DNA of 64,000 bases, from positions 576,001 to 640,000 of the forward strand of contig CBDCSU010000004.1 in assembly GCA_965221775.1 (NCBI GenBank). The letters are read 5' to 3'. Below, in pieces: positions 31,796 to 42,081 of the stretch. Position 1 is the stretch's first letter, and each line of letters opens with the position of its first letter. This stretch comes from Candidatus Latescibacterota bacterium (GTDB lineage: Bacteria; Latescibacterota; UBA2968; UBA8231). The notes beneath the pieces are model-generated. The model saw only the letters and a program-made list of their open reading frames with translations. It did no database searches and was not told the DNA's origin. The translations under genes and the position numbers were made by a program.

Positions 31796-32373
31796 CCGTC
31801 GATCTGCAACGCCTGAACGTCAAGCTCTACCTGGAACCGGGGTGCCTGCTGTCTCCGGAGGAGACCTTCCGCGTCTTCAGCCAGTGGATTCCCGAGTCCG
31901 AGGACGAGGTCCTCATCGACGTCGCCGACTACAGCCATATCGACCGGGGGCCTCGAACAGTGCTCGTCGGACACGACGCCAACTACGTCCTCGACAACAC
32001 CGACGGCCGCCCGGGTCTCCTCTACGGCCGCAAGACCGACACCAACGGTCCGGCGGCGGATCGACTGCGCAGCGCTTTCTCAGCCGCCCTGAAGGCCTGC
32101 CGCCGGCTCGAGGAACATCCCGACCTTGCCGGCAGGGCCCGGTTCCGCGGCTCCGAGGCCCTCCTCGTGGTGAACGACCGCCTGCGCGCCCCCAACACCG
32201 AGGAGACCTTGGAGACGCTGCGCCCCGAGCTCGACGAGTTTCTCGCCAGGCTCTATCCCGGCGGCCCCGCCCGGGTGCAGCGCGACCCGGACGAGCGCGA
32301 GCGCCTGACCCTTCGGATCGAGGCCCGGGATGACCTCCCCGTCGCCTCCCTGCTGGGCCGTCTCGATGCCTGA
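31792..32373 (+). CDS. hypothetical protein translationally coupled to the reductase
   Basis: ATGA overlap with the reductase stop; motif LIDVADYSH..GP..VLVGH. Confidence 0.75.
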
Positions 32374-32418
32374 GGGCGTCAGCCCCGCCGGGCCTGTTCG
32401 ACCGCTCCCCCCATCGAG

Positions 32419-32447
32419 TTGACAGTATTCCCGGGCCTCTCTATATA
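32419..32447 (+). promoter_or_regulatory. sigma70 promoter of the ferredoxin gene
   Basis: TTGACA-N17-TATATA. Confidence 0.65.
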
Positions 32448-32506
32448 GGTCCGGTCGCGCCAGGCGTACCGCCGCGACGAGAGCGGATGACTTGGAGAGA
32501 GGATTC

Positions 32507-32761
32507 ATGACCTACATCATCGCCGAACCGTGCATCGACGTGAAGGACAAGGCCTGCGTCGAGGTATGCCCGGTGGACTGCATCCATCCAGTGGACGGCG
32601 AGGGGGTTCCGATGCTCTACATCGACCCCGACGAATGCATCGATTGCGGGGCCTGCGAGCCGGAGTGCCCCGTGGAAGCGATCTTTGCCGAAGAGGACCT
32701 GCCGGAAGAGTGGAACAAGTACCTTGAGATCAACGCCGCGTATTTCCGGGACCAACAGTAG
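32507..32761 (+). CDS. fdxA: 7Fe-type ferredoxin (FdxA-like)
   Basis: [27 protein letters not shown] and [16 protein letters not shown]. Confidence 0.93.
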   Translation: MTYIIAEPCIDVKDKACVEVCPVDCIHPVDGEGVPMLYIDPDECIDCGACEPECPVEAIFAEEDLPEEWNKYLEINAAYFRDQQ

Positions 32762-32840
32762 GATTCCTCACCGACTCCCACCCAACTTTCCAGCCCCCAA
32801 GGGCGGCGGCACCCGACGGTCCGCCGCCCCTTGATCTTCC

Positions 32841-33902
32841 ATGGCCAGATCCCTCCCAAAAGGTAAGTCCACGCCGAAGCGAGCCTCCACCCGGTCCCGC
32901 CGGTCGAAGGCCGGGGCGGGATCGACCCGCTCCCCGGAGACACGGCAGGATCCCGACCTGCTGTGGTTCCTGTACCGGAAGATGGTCGAGATCCGCAAGT
33001 TCGAGGAACACGTCTGGGACGTGTACACACGGGGATGGATGCCGGGCCTCGCCCACCTGTACATCGGCGAGGAGTCCGTCGCCGCCGGCGCCTGCGCCGC
33101 CTTGCGTGAGGACGACTACATCACCTCGACCCACCGGGGGCACGGCCACTGCCTGGCCAAGGGCGCCCGCCTCGACCGGATGATGGCGGAGATCATGGGC
33201 AAGGAGTCCGGCTACTGCCGCGGCAAGGGCGGATCGATGCACATCGCCGATGTCTCCCTGGGGAACCTCGGAGCCAACGGCATCGTCGGCGGCAGCTTCG
33301 GGATCGCCACCGGCGCCGCTCTGTCCTCGAAGCTGCGGGGGGCCGATCAGGTGGCTCTCTGCTTCTTCGGCGACGGCGCGGCGAACCAGGGCATTCTGCT
33401 GGAGACGGCCAACATGGCCGTCATCTGGGACCTGCCGGTGATCTACCTCTGCGAGAACAACCAGTACGGCGAGCACACCCCCTTCGAGACGGTCACCGGC
33501 GTCCGGGAGATCGTGGAGCGCGCCAATGGTCTGGGCATGGAGGGGGTGAGGCTCGACGGCGCGGACGTCCTCGCCGTCCACCAGGCCGTGGCCAAGGCCG
33601 TGGCCAAGGCCCGGGGCGGCGGCGGCCCGACCTTCATCGAGGCCGTCACCTACCGCTTCCGCGGCCACCACGTGGGCGACGCCGCGCCCTACCGCACGAA
33701 GGCGGAGCTCGACTGGTGGATGGAGAACAAGGATCCCATCCATCTCCTCGGCCGGACGATGACCGAGGCCGGCGTGGCCGACTCCGCCCAACTCGACGAG
33801 ATCCAGCAGCAGGTGGAGGAGGAGGTTCTCGCCGCCGTGGAGTTCGCCCGCAACGAGCCCGACCCCGAAGCGTCGCAGGCCTTCGAGGACCTGTACGCCT
33901 GA
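32841..33902 (+). CDS. ThDP-dependent 2-oxoacid/acetoin dehydrogenase E1 alpha subunit
   Basis: HLYIGEE, THRGHGH, GKGGSMH, FGDGAANQG, ENNQY, TYRFRGH. Confidence 0.92.
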   Translation: MARSLPKGKSTPKRASTRSRRSKAGAGSTRSPETRQDPDLLWFLYRKMVEIRKFEEHVWDVYTRGWMPGLAHLYIGEESVAAGACAALREDDYITSTHRGHGHCLAKGARLDRMMAEIMGKESGYCRGKGGSMHIADVSLGNLGANGIVGGSFGIATGAALSSKLRGADQVALCFFGDGAANQGILLETANMAVIWDLPVIYLCENNQYGEHTPFETVTGVREIVERANGLGMEGVRLDGADVLAVHQAVAKAVAKARGGGGPTFIEAVTYRFRGHHVGDAAPYRTKAELDWWMENKDPIHLLGRTMTEAGVADSAQLDEIQQQVEEEVLAAVEFARNEPDPEASQAFEDLYA

Positions 33903-33909
33903 GGCCCCG

Positions 33910-34896
33910 ATGACACGTGAGATCACCTTCCGCGAGGCCGTGTGCGAGGCCATGGCCGAGGAAATGAGGCTCGATCCGAAGGTCATCCTCATCGGCGAGG
34001 ACGTGGGCCCGTCCGGGGGGATCTTCAAATGCAGCGAAGGGCTCTTCGACGAGTTCGGCCCCGAGAGGGTCATCGACGCCCCCATCTCCGAGGCGGGCTA
34101 CGTCGGTGTCAGCGTCGGGGCGGCCATGACCGGCCTGCGGCCCATCGCCGAGCTGATGTTCGGAGACTTCTCGCTCCTCACCATGGACCAGCTCGTCAAC
34201 CAGGCCGCCAAGATCCGCTACATGACCGGCGGCCAGTGCAAGGTGCCCCTCACCGTGCGCCTCACCATGGGGGCGGGCCGGTCGTCGGCGGCCCAGCACT
34301 CCCAGTCGCTGCACGCCCTGTTCTCCCACATTCCGGGCCTGAAGGTGGTCATCCCCTCCTGTCCCGCCGATGCCAAGGGGCTTCTCAAGTCGGCGATCCG
34401 CGACGACAACCCGGTCCTAGTCTTCGAGGACAAGATGATGTACAACGACAGCGGCCCCGTGCCGGAGGAGGAGTCCACGGTCCCCCTCGGCCGGGCGGAG
34501 ATCCGCAGATCGGGGTCCGACGTCGCCTTGGTGGCCACTTCGAGCATGGTCGCCATCGCCCTCGAGGCGGCCGAGACCCTCGCCGGCGAGGGAGTGCAGG
34601 CCGAGGTCGTCGATCTCCGCAGCCTCTTTCCTCTCGACAAGGATGCTCTCGTCGCCGCGGCCAGGAAGACGGGCTACGTGGTGGTCGTGGACGAGGGCGC
34701 GAGACGCTTCGGCGTTACCGGCGAGCTGGCCTCGACCATTCAGGAGCACGCTTTCGACTGGCTCGACGGCCCCGTGATGAGGGTTGCCGCGGCGGACGTA
34801 CCCGTTCCCTTCAGCCCCGCCCTCGAGATGCCTACGATCCCCGATGCGGCACTCGTCGTGGAGGCCGTGCGCGGCCTGCGGGGTCGGGGCGAGTGA
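33910..34896 (+). CDS. 2-oxoacid/acetoin dehydrogenase E1 beta subunit
   Basis: GEDVG, FGPERVIDAPISE, AAQHSQSL, IRDDNPV, VDLRSL. Confidence 0.92.
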   Translation: MTREITFREAVCEAMAEEMRLDPKVILIGEDVGPSGGIFKCSEGLFDEFGPERVIDAPISEAGYVGVSVGAAMTGLRPIAELMFGDFSLLTMDQLVNQAAKIRYMTGGQCKVPLTVRLTMGAGRSSAAQHSQSLHALFSHIPGLKVVIPSCPADAKGLLKSAIRDDNPVLVFEDKMMYNDSGPVPEEESTVPLGRAEIRRSGSDVALVATSSMVAIALEAAETLAGEGVQAEVVDLRSLFPLDKDALVAAARKTGYVVVVDEGARRFGVTGELASTIQEHAFDWLDGPVMRVAAADVPVPFSPALEMPTIPDAALVVEAVRGLRGRGE

Positions 34897-35810
34897 CCCG
34901 CCCTCTCTGCCTCGTCACGGGATCCTCCAGCGGCATCGGCGCCGCCATCGTCCGCCGCTTCGCCGCCCACGGCCACGACGTGGTGGTCCACTACAACTCC
35001 GGACAGGACCGGGCGCTGGCGATCGCCGACGAGATCTCCAGCCGGCATGAGGTCACGGCCCACGTCATCGGCGCCGATCTCTCCCAGAGGGACGAGGCCT
35101 TCCGCCTCGTCGACGAGGCCCGCGAGCGCTTCGGGCGCCTCGACGTGGCGATCAGCAACAGCGGCGTGGCCAACTACGTCCGCGGAGACGACGGCGAGCT
35201 CATCCGGCACCGCTTCCAGGATGGCCCCCCCGAGCATCTCGACCGGGAGATGGCCCGCGTACTCGACCTCAACTTGATGGGCGCCTACCGCTTCGGCCAG
35301 CGCGCCCTCAAGCACATGATCGAGGCCGCCAGGGCCGAGGCCGGCACGGGGCGACCGTCCCACCGAAGCATCCTCTTCATCACCTCCATCTCGGACGTGG
35401 CGCCGGAGGCGACCCGCATCCCCTACGGCGTCAGCAAGGCCGGCCTCAACCACGTCATCCTCGGCGCCGCCTTCGAGGCCGGTCCCCACAACATCACGGT
35501 GAACGCTCTGCGTCCCGGTGTCGTCGACACGCCGCTGACGGCCCGCCCTTCGGGGGTGGAAGATCCGGAAACGGGGCGGGAGTACACGGTGGCGGAGACC
35601 TACGGCCTGATGGCCGAGGGCGGCTCCCAAGCCCTCCCCTGGATCGCCGAGCCCGACGACATCGCGGTGGCCGCCCACGCCTTCACGCAGATCCCCTACA
35701 TGACGGGGCAACTGGTGGCCGTGGACGGCGGCTTCACGCTCGCCAACGGCTTCCCGAACCGGGAGCTGTTTCTCAACGAGGGACTGCGCAGACGCCGCGG
35801 AGGTGACTGA
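34893..35810 (+). CDS. SDR family oxidoreductase
   Basis: GTGA overlap start; TGSSSGIG, NSGV, YGVSK catalytic motif, VDGG. Confidence 0.88.
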   Translation: MTRPLCLVTGSSSGIGAAIVRRFAAHGHDVVVHYNSGQDRALAIADEISSRHEVTAHVIGADLSQRDEAFRLVDEARERFGRLDVAISNSGVANYVRGDDGELIRHRFQDGPPEHLDREMARVLDLNLMGAYRFGQRALKHMIEAARAEAGTGRPSHRSILFITSISDVAPEATRIPYGVSKAGLNHVILGAAFEAGPHNITVNALRPGVVDTPLTARPSGVEDPETGREYTVAETYGLMAEGGSQALPWIAEPDDIAVAAHAFTQIPYMTGQLVAVDGGFTLANGFPNRELFLNEGLRRRRGGD

Positions 35811-35853
35811 GGGGCGTTTGCCGGGGATCCGCCCGGGCGGGCGTTGCCCGGTA

Positions 35854-36606
35854 CTAGTGCTCCTTGATGCTCCCCATGCGGATGTCGATGTCCTCGCGGT
35901 TGGCTACGCGCTCGAGGGCACCGTCGCGGATCCAGGCCATGCGGTCGCAGGCGCTCAGCATCTTGTCGTCGTGGGTCACGGTGATGATGGTGGAGCCCAT
36001 CTCCGCCTGCAGCTTCTTCATGAAATCGATGATCGTCTGGCCGGTGTTGCTGTCGAGGTTGCCCGTCGGCTCGTCGGCGAGGATGATGCGCGGGCTGTTG
36101 ACGAAAGCCCGGGCGATGGCGACACGCTGCTGCTGCCCGCCGCTCAGCTCCGAGGGCAGGTGATGGGCGCGGTCGGCGAGCCCGACGATGTCCAGACACT
36201 CCATGGCCCGCTTCTCGCCGTCGGCGGTGCTCATGCCCGCGAAGATCGTCGGCAGGGCGACGTTCATGAGCGCGCTCATCACCGGCAGCAGGTTGTAGGT
36301 CTGGAAGATGTAGCCCAGCTCGAAGCAGCGGACGGCGGCCAGCTTCTGCGGTGACAGGGACGCCAAGTTGACGCCCTCGATCAGAACCTCCCCCGAGGTG
36401 GGTGTCTGGAGCGCCCCGATCTGGTTGAACAAGGTGCTCTTGCCCGAGCCGGAGGGCCCCATGATGGCGAAGAACTCGTTCTCGTAGACCTTGACCGTGA
36501 GACCGCGCAAGGCGTGGACGTGGGTCGACTCGTCGCGGTTCTTCGCGTTGTAGACCATGGTCACGTCGCGCACATCGACGATGACGGAACCACTGACCTG
36601 CGCCAT
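35854..36606 (-). CDS. ABC transporter ATP-binding protein (LolD/MacB-like)
   Basis: GPSGSGKST, LSGGQQQRVAIARA, ILADEPTGNLD, VTHD. Confidence 0.92.
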   Translation of the reverse strand: MAQVSGSVIVDVRDVTMVYNAKNRDESTHVHALRGLTVKVYENEFFAIMGPSGSGKSTLFNQIGALQTPTSGEVLIEGVNLASLSPQKLAAVRCFELGYIFQTYNLLPVMSALMNVALPTIFAGMSTADGEKRAMECLDIVGLADRAHHLPSELSGGQQQRVAIARAFVNSPRIILADEPTGNLDSNTGQTIIDFMKKLQAEMGSTIITVTHDDKMLSACDRMAWIRDGALERVANREDIDIRMGSIKEH

Positions 36607-36776
36607 GGACGGATCTGCTCCTGGCCGGAGCACGGCGGGTTCGGCCTGCGTGAGGGTTTTGGGCGGCGCGGGGGCCGCTTCGCCTCAATGTAGTTACGCC
36701 CCCCGGCGGGGGTCAATCAACCCGACCCACGCCGTGACGGGCGGGTCCGCGCCACCCGGCGCCGCGGATCCGGTCC

Positions 36777-38783
36777 TCACCCCGCCCTTCGGTCCTGGTC
36801 CTGACCTTGTTCCTTCAGACGGGTGATTTCGTCGCGTAGAGCCGCTGCCTTCTCGAATTCCAGTGCCGCGGCGGCCTCGTTCATCTGGCGCTCGAGTTCG
36901 GCCACCATGTCCTCCAAGGCATCCTCCGCTGCCGAATGGTCCCGTGGCCGCTCGGCCGCCGCCTCGGCCTGCTTGACGCTCTCGAGGACCGAGGTGGCCT
37001 GCAGGATGTCGGCCCGGGTCCGCTGGATCGTCTGCGGCGTGATGCCGTGCTCCTTGTTGAAGGCCTGCTGCAACCGGCGCCGACGCTCGGTCTCCTCGGT
37101 CGTCCCCCGCATCGAGTTCGTCATCTTGTCGCCGTAGAGGATGACGAGGCCGGCGGCGTTGCGGGCGGCGCGGCCCACCGTCTGGATCAGGGCCTGCTCG
37201 GAGCGCAGGAACCCCTCCTTGTCGGCGTCGAGAATCGCCACCAGGGAGACCTCGGGCAGGTCGAGGCCCTCGCGCAGGAGGTTGATCCCCACCAGGACGT
37301 CGAACTCCCCCAGGCGCAGGTCGCGAAGGATCCCGACCCGGTCGAGGGTGTCGATCTCGGAGTGGAGGTAGCGCACGCGGAACCCGAGCTGCGCCAGGTA
37401 GTCGGTGAGCTTCTCGGCCATGCGCTTGGTCAGCACCGTGACCAGGACCCGCTCGCCCTTCTCGGCGCGGGCCCTGATCTCGTCCATGAGGTCGTCGACC
37501 TGGTTGCCCAGGGGACGGACCTCGATGACCGGATCGACCAGCCCCGTGGGCCGGATCACCTGCTCCACCACGACTCCGCCGGCGCGCTCGAGCTCGTAGG
37601 AGGCGGGGGTGGCGGAGAGGAAGACCGTCTGCCCCATGTGCTCCTCGAACTCCTCGAAGTACAGGGGCCGGTTGTCGTACGCCGACGGCAGGCGGAAGCC
37701 GTGCTCCACGAGCATATCCTTGCGCGAGCGGTCTCCCCGCCACATGCCCCGCACCTGCGGGATCGTCATGTGCGACTCGTCGACGAAGAGCAGGAAGTCG
37801 TCGGGGAAGTAGTCCATCAGCACCCACGGCGGGGCCCCCGGCTCGCGGTGGTCCATGTAGCGGGAGTAGTTCTCGATCCCCGGGCAGAAGCCGATCTCGC
37901 GGATCATCTCCACGTCGTAGCGGGTGCGTGTCTCCAGACGGTGGGCCTCGACGAGCTTCTCCTGCTCCTGCAGCTCCAGCAGCCGCTGCTCCAGCTCGAG
38001 GAGGATCGCCTCGCAGGCGCGCTCGAGCTTGTCCTCGTCGGTGACGTAGGCCTTGGCGGGATAGAGGGTGACGCCCTGGCGCTCGTCGACCTGGCTCCCC
38101 GTGACCGCGTCGAGAATGGTGATCGCCTCCACCTCGTCTCCGAAGAGCTCGATGTGGACGGCGAGATCCTCGGCGGCGGGAACGACTTCGACCACATCGC
38201 CGCGCACGCGGAAGCAGCCGCGCTTCAACTCGAGATCGTTGCGGCTGTAGTAGATGTCGATCAGGCTGCGGAGCAGATCGTCTCTCTCGATGCGGTCCCC
38301 CACCTTGACCGTGAGCCGCTGGGCCTCGAACTCGCGCGGCGAGCCGATGCCGTAGATGCAGGAGACGGTGGCGACGATGATCGTGTCCCGGCGCTCGAGG
38401 AGGGAGCTCATCGCCTTGAGGCGCAGGCGGTCGATCTCCTCGTTGATGTCGACCTCCTTCTCGATGTAGGTGTCGGTCGCCGGGCGGTAGGCCTCGGGCT
38501 GGTAGTAGTCGTAGTAGCTGACGAAGTACTCCACGGCGTTGTCCGGGAAGTAGCCCCGCAACTCCCCGTAGAGCTGGGCTGCCAGGGTCTTGTTGTGGGA
38601 GATGACGAGGGCCGGCCGGTCGAAGTGGGCGATGACGTTGGCCATGGTGAAGGTCTTGCCGCTGCCCGTCACCCCCAGCAGAGTCTGGCAGGGGGCTCCC
38701 CGCTCGATGCCGTCGACGAGCTCGGCGATGGCCCGCGGTTGGTCTCCCTGCGGCTGGTAGTCGGCGACCAGACGGTATGACAC
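36777..38783 (-). CDS. uvrB: excinuclease ABC subunit B
   Basis: [39 protein letters not shown]-terminal UVR domain. Confidence 0.98.
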   Translation of the reverse strand: MSYRLVADYQPQGDQPRAIAELVDGIERGAPCQTLLGVTGSGKTFTMANVIAHFDRPALVISHNKTLAAQLYGELRGYFPDNAVEYFVSYYDYYQPEAYRPATDTYIEKEVDINEEIDRLRLKAMSSLLERRDTIIVATVSCIYGIGSPREFEAQRLTVKVGDRIERDDLLRSLIDIYYSRNDLELKRGCFRVRGDVVEVVPAAEDLAVHIELFGDEVEAITILDAVTGSQVDERQGVTLYPAKAYVTDEDKLERACEAILLELEQRLLELQEQEKLVEAHRLETRTRYDVEMIREIGFCPGIENYSRYMDHREPGAPPWVLMDYFPDDFLLFVDESHMTIPQVRGMWRGDRSRKDMLVEHGFRLPSAYDNRPLYFEEFEEHMGQTVFLSATPASYELERAGGVVVEQVIRPTGLVDPVIEVRPLGNQVDDLMDEIRARAEKGERVLVTVLTKRMAEKLTDYLAQLGFRVRYLHSEIDTLDRVGILRDLRLGEFDVLVGINLLREGLDLPEVSLVAILDADKEGFLRSEQALIQTVGRAARNAAGLVILYGDKMTNSMRGTTEETERRRRLQQAFNKEHGITPQTIQRTRADILQATSVLESVKQAEAAAERPRDHSAAEDALEDMVAELERQMNEAAAALEFEKAAALRDEITRLKEQGQDQDRRAG

Positions 38784-38897
38784 GGACCCAAACTCCTTGT
38801 CCCTCAGATGGATAGCCCCTCCCGGGAGGGGCTGGCCAATCTATGCCGGATCGAGAAACCCTGTCAACGCCCTGCACGTCAAGTCCCGCCCCTTGAG

Positions 38898-39009
38898 TGT
38901 CATCATGGCATCTTTTCCTGCCTGATATGCAGTCACTCCGACACGGACAGCAAATTGTTGCAGAAGAATGAGATGAATTCCCCGTATGGATGGGTGGTAC
39001 GAATCCTGC
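38898..39009 (+). promoter_or_regulatory. putative sigma54 promoter with upstream enhancer-like and IHF-like sites for dnaK
   Basis: TGGTACGAATCCTGC (GG-N10-GC) at 38995-39009; TGTCA-N3-TGGCA at 38898 and AGTCA-N3-CGACA at 38931; CAGCAA-N4-TTG at 38948. Confidence 0.55.
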
Positions 39010-39063
39010 TTCCGGGTTCCTGAATCATGGAGTCCACCTCTTTTTGAAACAGGGAGCTGACAG

Positions 39064-40998
39064 ATGGCCAAGGTGATCGGTATCGACCTGGGTACGACCA
39101 ATTCCTGCGTGGCGGTGATGGAGGGGTCGGAGCCCTCGGTGATCGCCAATTCGGAGGGTGGCCGCACCACGCCGTCCATGGTGGCTTTCGCCAAGGACGG
39201 GGAGCGGTTGGTGGGTCAGACCGCCAAGCGCCAGGCGGTGACGAACCCGACGAACACGATCTTCTCGATCAAGCGCTTCATGGGCCGCCGCTTCGAGGAA
39301 GTGGCGCAGGAGATCACCGAGGTGCCCTACGCGGTGAAGAAGGGGGCCCGCGATCAGGCGGTGGTCGAGATCGAGGGGGAGTCGTCGACGCCGCCGGAGA
39401 TCGCGGCCATGGTCCTGCAGAAGATGAAGCAGACCGCCGAGGACTACCTCGGGGAACCGGTGACCCAGGCGGTGATCACCGTGCCGGCGTACTTCAACGA
39501 CGCCCAGCGTCAGGCCACCAAGGACGCTGGCACGATCGCCGGGCTGGAGGTGCTGCGCATCGTCAACGAGCCGACGGCGGCGGCCCTGGCCTACGGGATG
39601 GACAAGGAGACGACTTCGGAGAAGATCGCCGTCTACGACCTGGGAGGAGGCACCTTCGACATCTCGATCCTCGAGCTCGGTGACGGCGTCTTCGAAGTGA
39701 AGTCGACGAACGGGGACACGCACCTTGGGGGCGACGACTTCGACCAGCGGGTGATCGACTGGATGGCGGAGGCCTTCCAGGCGGAGGAGGGCATCGATCT
39801 CCGCCGCGACCCGATGGCCCTGCAACGCCTGAAGGAAGCGGCGGAGAAGGCCAAGTGCGAGCTGTCGTCCTCGGGATCGACGGAGATCCACCTGCCCTTC
39901 ATCACCGCCGACCAGACGGGTCCGAAGCACCTGCAGACGAGCCTCAGCCGGTCGCGGTTCGAGCAACTGGTGGAGAACCTGGTGCGGCGCACCCGCGGCC
40001 CCTGCGAGCAGGCGCTGAAGGACGCGGGTCTTGGTGCCGACCAGATCGACGCCGTGATCCTGGTGGGCGGCTCCACCCGCATGCCGAAGGTCCAGGAACT
40101 GGTGAAGGAGCTCTTCGGCCAGGAGCCCAACCGGGGGGTGAATCCCGACGAGGTCGTGGCCATCGGGGCGGCGATCCAGGCGGGAGTGCTGTCAGGCGAG
40201 GTGGACGACGTCCTTCTCCTCGACGTGACCCCCCTGTCGCTCGGGATCGAGACGATGGGCGGGGTCATGACCAAGCTCATCGAGCGCAACACGACGATCC
40301 CGACCAACAAGAGCCAGATGTTCTCGACGGCGGCCGACAACCAGCCCTCGGTGGAGGTCCACGTCCTTCAGGGCGAGCGGGAGTTCGCCGCCGACAACCG
40401 CACCCTGGGCCGGTTCCACCTGGATGGAATCCCCTCGGCGCCGCGGGGGATGCCGCAGATCGAGGTGAGCTTCGACATCGACGCCAACGGCATTCTCAAC
40501 GTGCAGGCTCGCGACAAGGGCACCAACAAGGAGCAGTCGATCCGCATCGAGTCCTCGAGCGGCCTCGACACCGCGGAGATCGAGCGGATGCAGAAGGAGG
40601 CGGAGGCCAACGCCGAGCAGGACCAGGCGCGCCGGGCGCAGGTGGACAAGCGCAACGAGGCGGACCAGATGGTCTACGCCACCGAGAAGAGCCTGAAGGA
40701 GCACGGCGACAAGCTCGAGGAGGCCGACCGCCAGGCGGTGGAGCAGGCCCTGGGCGAGGCTCGCAAGGCCCTGGAGGGCGACGATCCGGAGGCGGTCGAT
40801 TCGGCGGTGAGCAAACTGCAGCAAGCCTCCCAGAAGCTGGCCGAGGTGGTCTATGCCGAGGCCCAGAAGGGGGAGGAGGCCGCCTCCGGGACGCCCCCTC
40901 CACCCCCGCAGCCCGATGAGGCGGGGCAGCAGGACCAGGGCACGGGAGCCGTCGACGCCGACTTCGAGGTCGTGGACGAGAAGAAGGACAAGGAGTAG
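39064..40998 (+). CDS. dnaK: chaperone DnaK (Hsp70)
   Basis: [45 protein letters not shown] tail. Confidence 0.98.
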   Translation: MAKVIGIDLGTTNSCVAVMEGSEPSVIANSEGGRTTPSMVAFAKDGERLVGQTAKRQAVTNPTNTIFSIKRFMGRRFEEVAQEITEVPYAVKKGARDQAVVEIEGESSTPPEIAAMVLQKMKQTAEDYLGEPVTQAVITVPAYFNDAQRQATKDAGTIAGLEVLRIVNEPTAAALAYGMDKETTSEKIAVYDLGGGTFDISILELGDGVFEVKSTNGDTHLGGDDFDQRVIDWMAEAFQAEEGIDLRRDPMALQRLKEAAEKAKCELSSSGSTEIHLPFITADQTGPKHLQTSLSRSRFEQLVENLVRRTRGPCEQALKDAGLGADQIDAVILVGGSTRMPKVQELVKELFGQEPNRGVNPDEVVAIGAAIQAGVLSGEVDDVLLLDVTPLSLGIETMGGVMTKLIERNTTIPTNKSQMFSTAADNQPSVEVHVLQGEREFAADNRTLGRFHLDGIPSAPRGMPQIEVSFDIDANGILNVQARDKGTNKEQSIRIESSSGLDTAEIERMQKEAEANAEQDQARRAQVDKRNEADQMVYATEKSLKEHGDKLEEADRQAVEQALGEARKALEGDDPEAVDSAVSKLQQASQKLAEVVYAEAQKGEEAASGTPPPPPQPDEAGQQDQGTGAVDADFEVVDEKKDKE

Positions 40999-41035
40999 AG
41001 AGCCGACGGAGGGAGCGGAAAGAGGGCGTCCGGGC

Positions 41036-42073
41036 TCAGGCCCCGGGGCGCAGCAACAGCTTGAGCCCCTCCTGACGCTCCATCATCTCGAAACCGCGGC
41101 GCCACTCCGCCAGGTCCAGCTGGTGAGAGATCAGCTTCTCGTTGTCCAGGAGCCCCGAGTCCATGAGCCGGAGGGCCCGCTCCCAGGCGGCCCGCCGCTG
41201 GCCGATGCCGCCGCTCACCCGGAGCTCCTTGTAGGCGATCTTCTCGAAATCGACCTCCACCCGGCGCCCGGGGAGTCCCATGAGTGAGACCTTGCCGCGC
41301 TTGCGCACGGCCTCGAGCGCCAGATCGATGGCCGCCGCGGCGCCGGCGCACTCGATGACGACATCCGCGCCGTAGCCGCCGCTGAGGCCGGCGATGCGGG
41401 CCGCCGCGTCCCCGGCCTCCACGTCGAGGACCTGGTCCACCCCCAACTCCCTCTCGGCGAAGCGCAGACGATGGCGGTCGCGGGAGGTGCCGCAGAGCAC
41501 GACGGACCCCCCTTCGGCGGCCGCCACGAGGGCGCTGAAGAGGCCCACGGGACCAGGGCCGATGACGGCGACCAGGTCCCCCGCCGTGACGCCGGCCTGC
41601 TCGATCACGGAGTGCACGCAGCAGGCCAGCAGCTCGGTCAGGGCGCCCGCCTCGAAGCTCACCCCATCCGGCAGCCGGTGCACCAGCGTGGCGTTGACGC
41701 GGGGGGCGAAGCAGCCGTCGTGGAAGTACCCCATCACGGTCCGTGACGGGCACATGTTGTAGTGGCCGCCGCGGCAATAGTCGCAGCGGCCGCAGATCTC
41801 GATGCTCGGCTCGCCTGTGACCCGGTCGCCGATGGCGATGTCGTCGCCCGCGTCGCTCCCCTTCTCCACCACGATGCCGCTGAACTCGTGGCCCATCACC
41901 ACGGGGGTGCGGATCTTGTAGTTGATGGTGTCGTGATAGATATGCAGGTCGGACCCGCAGATCCCCGCGGCCCTCACCTCGACCTTGACCTGCCGAGGCC
42001 CCGGAGGCGCGTCGGCGACCTCGCGCAACTCGACGAAGCCGGGGCCGCGCTCGTACTTGACGACGGCCTGCAC
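41036..42073 (-). CDS. zinc-dependent alcohol/sugar-alcohol dehydrogenase (MDR family)
   Basis: GICGSDLH, GHEFSG, CGRCDYC..C, GPGPVG. Confidence 0.9.
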   Translation of the reverse strand: MQAVVKYERGPGFVELREVADAPPGPRQVKVEVRAAGICGSDLHIYHDTINYKIRTPVVMGHEFSGIVVEKGSDAGDDIAIGDRVTGEPSIEICGRCDYCRGGHYNMCPSRTVMGYFHDGCFAPRVNATLVHRLPDGVSFEAGALTELLACCVHSVIEQAGVTAGDLVAVIGPGPVGLFSALVAAAEGGSVVLCGTSRDRHRLRFAERELGVDQVLDVEAGDAAARIAGLSGGYGADVVIECAGAAAAIDLALEAVRKRGKVSLMGLPGRRVEVDFEKIAYKELRVSGGIGQRRAAWERALRLMDSGLLDNEKLISHQLDLAEWRRGFEMMERQEGLKLLLRPGA

Positions 42074-42081
42074 TCTCGGGC

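Noticed and set aside
38784-39063. CIRCE element, or a second sigma54 site (TGGCATCTTTTCCTGC), before dnaK
   Set aside because: No TTAGCACTC-N9-GAGTGCTAA; the second site has GG-N11-GC spacing rather than N10.
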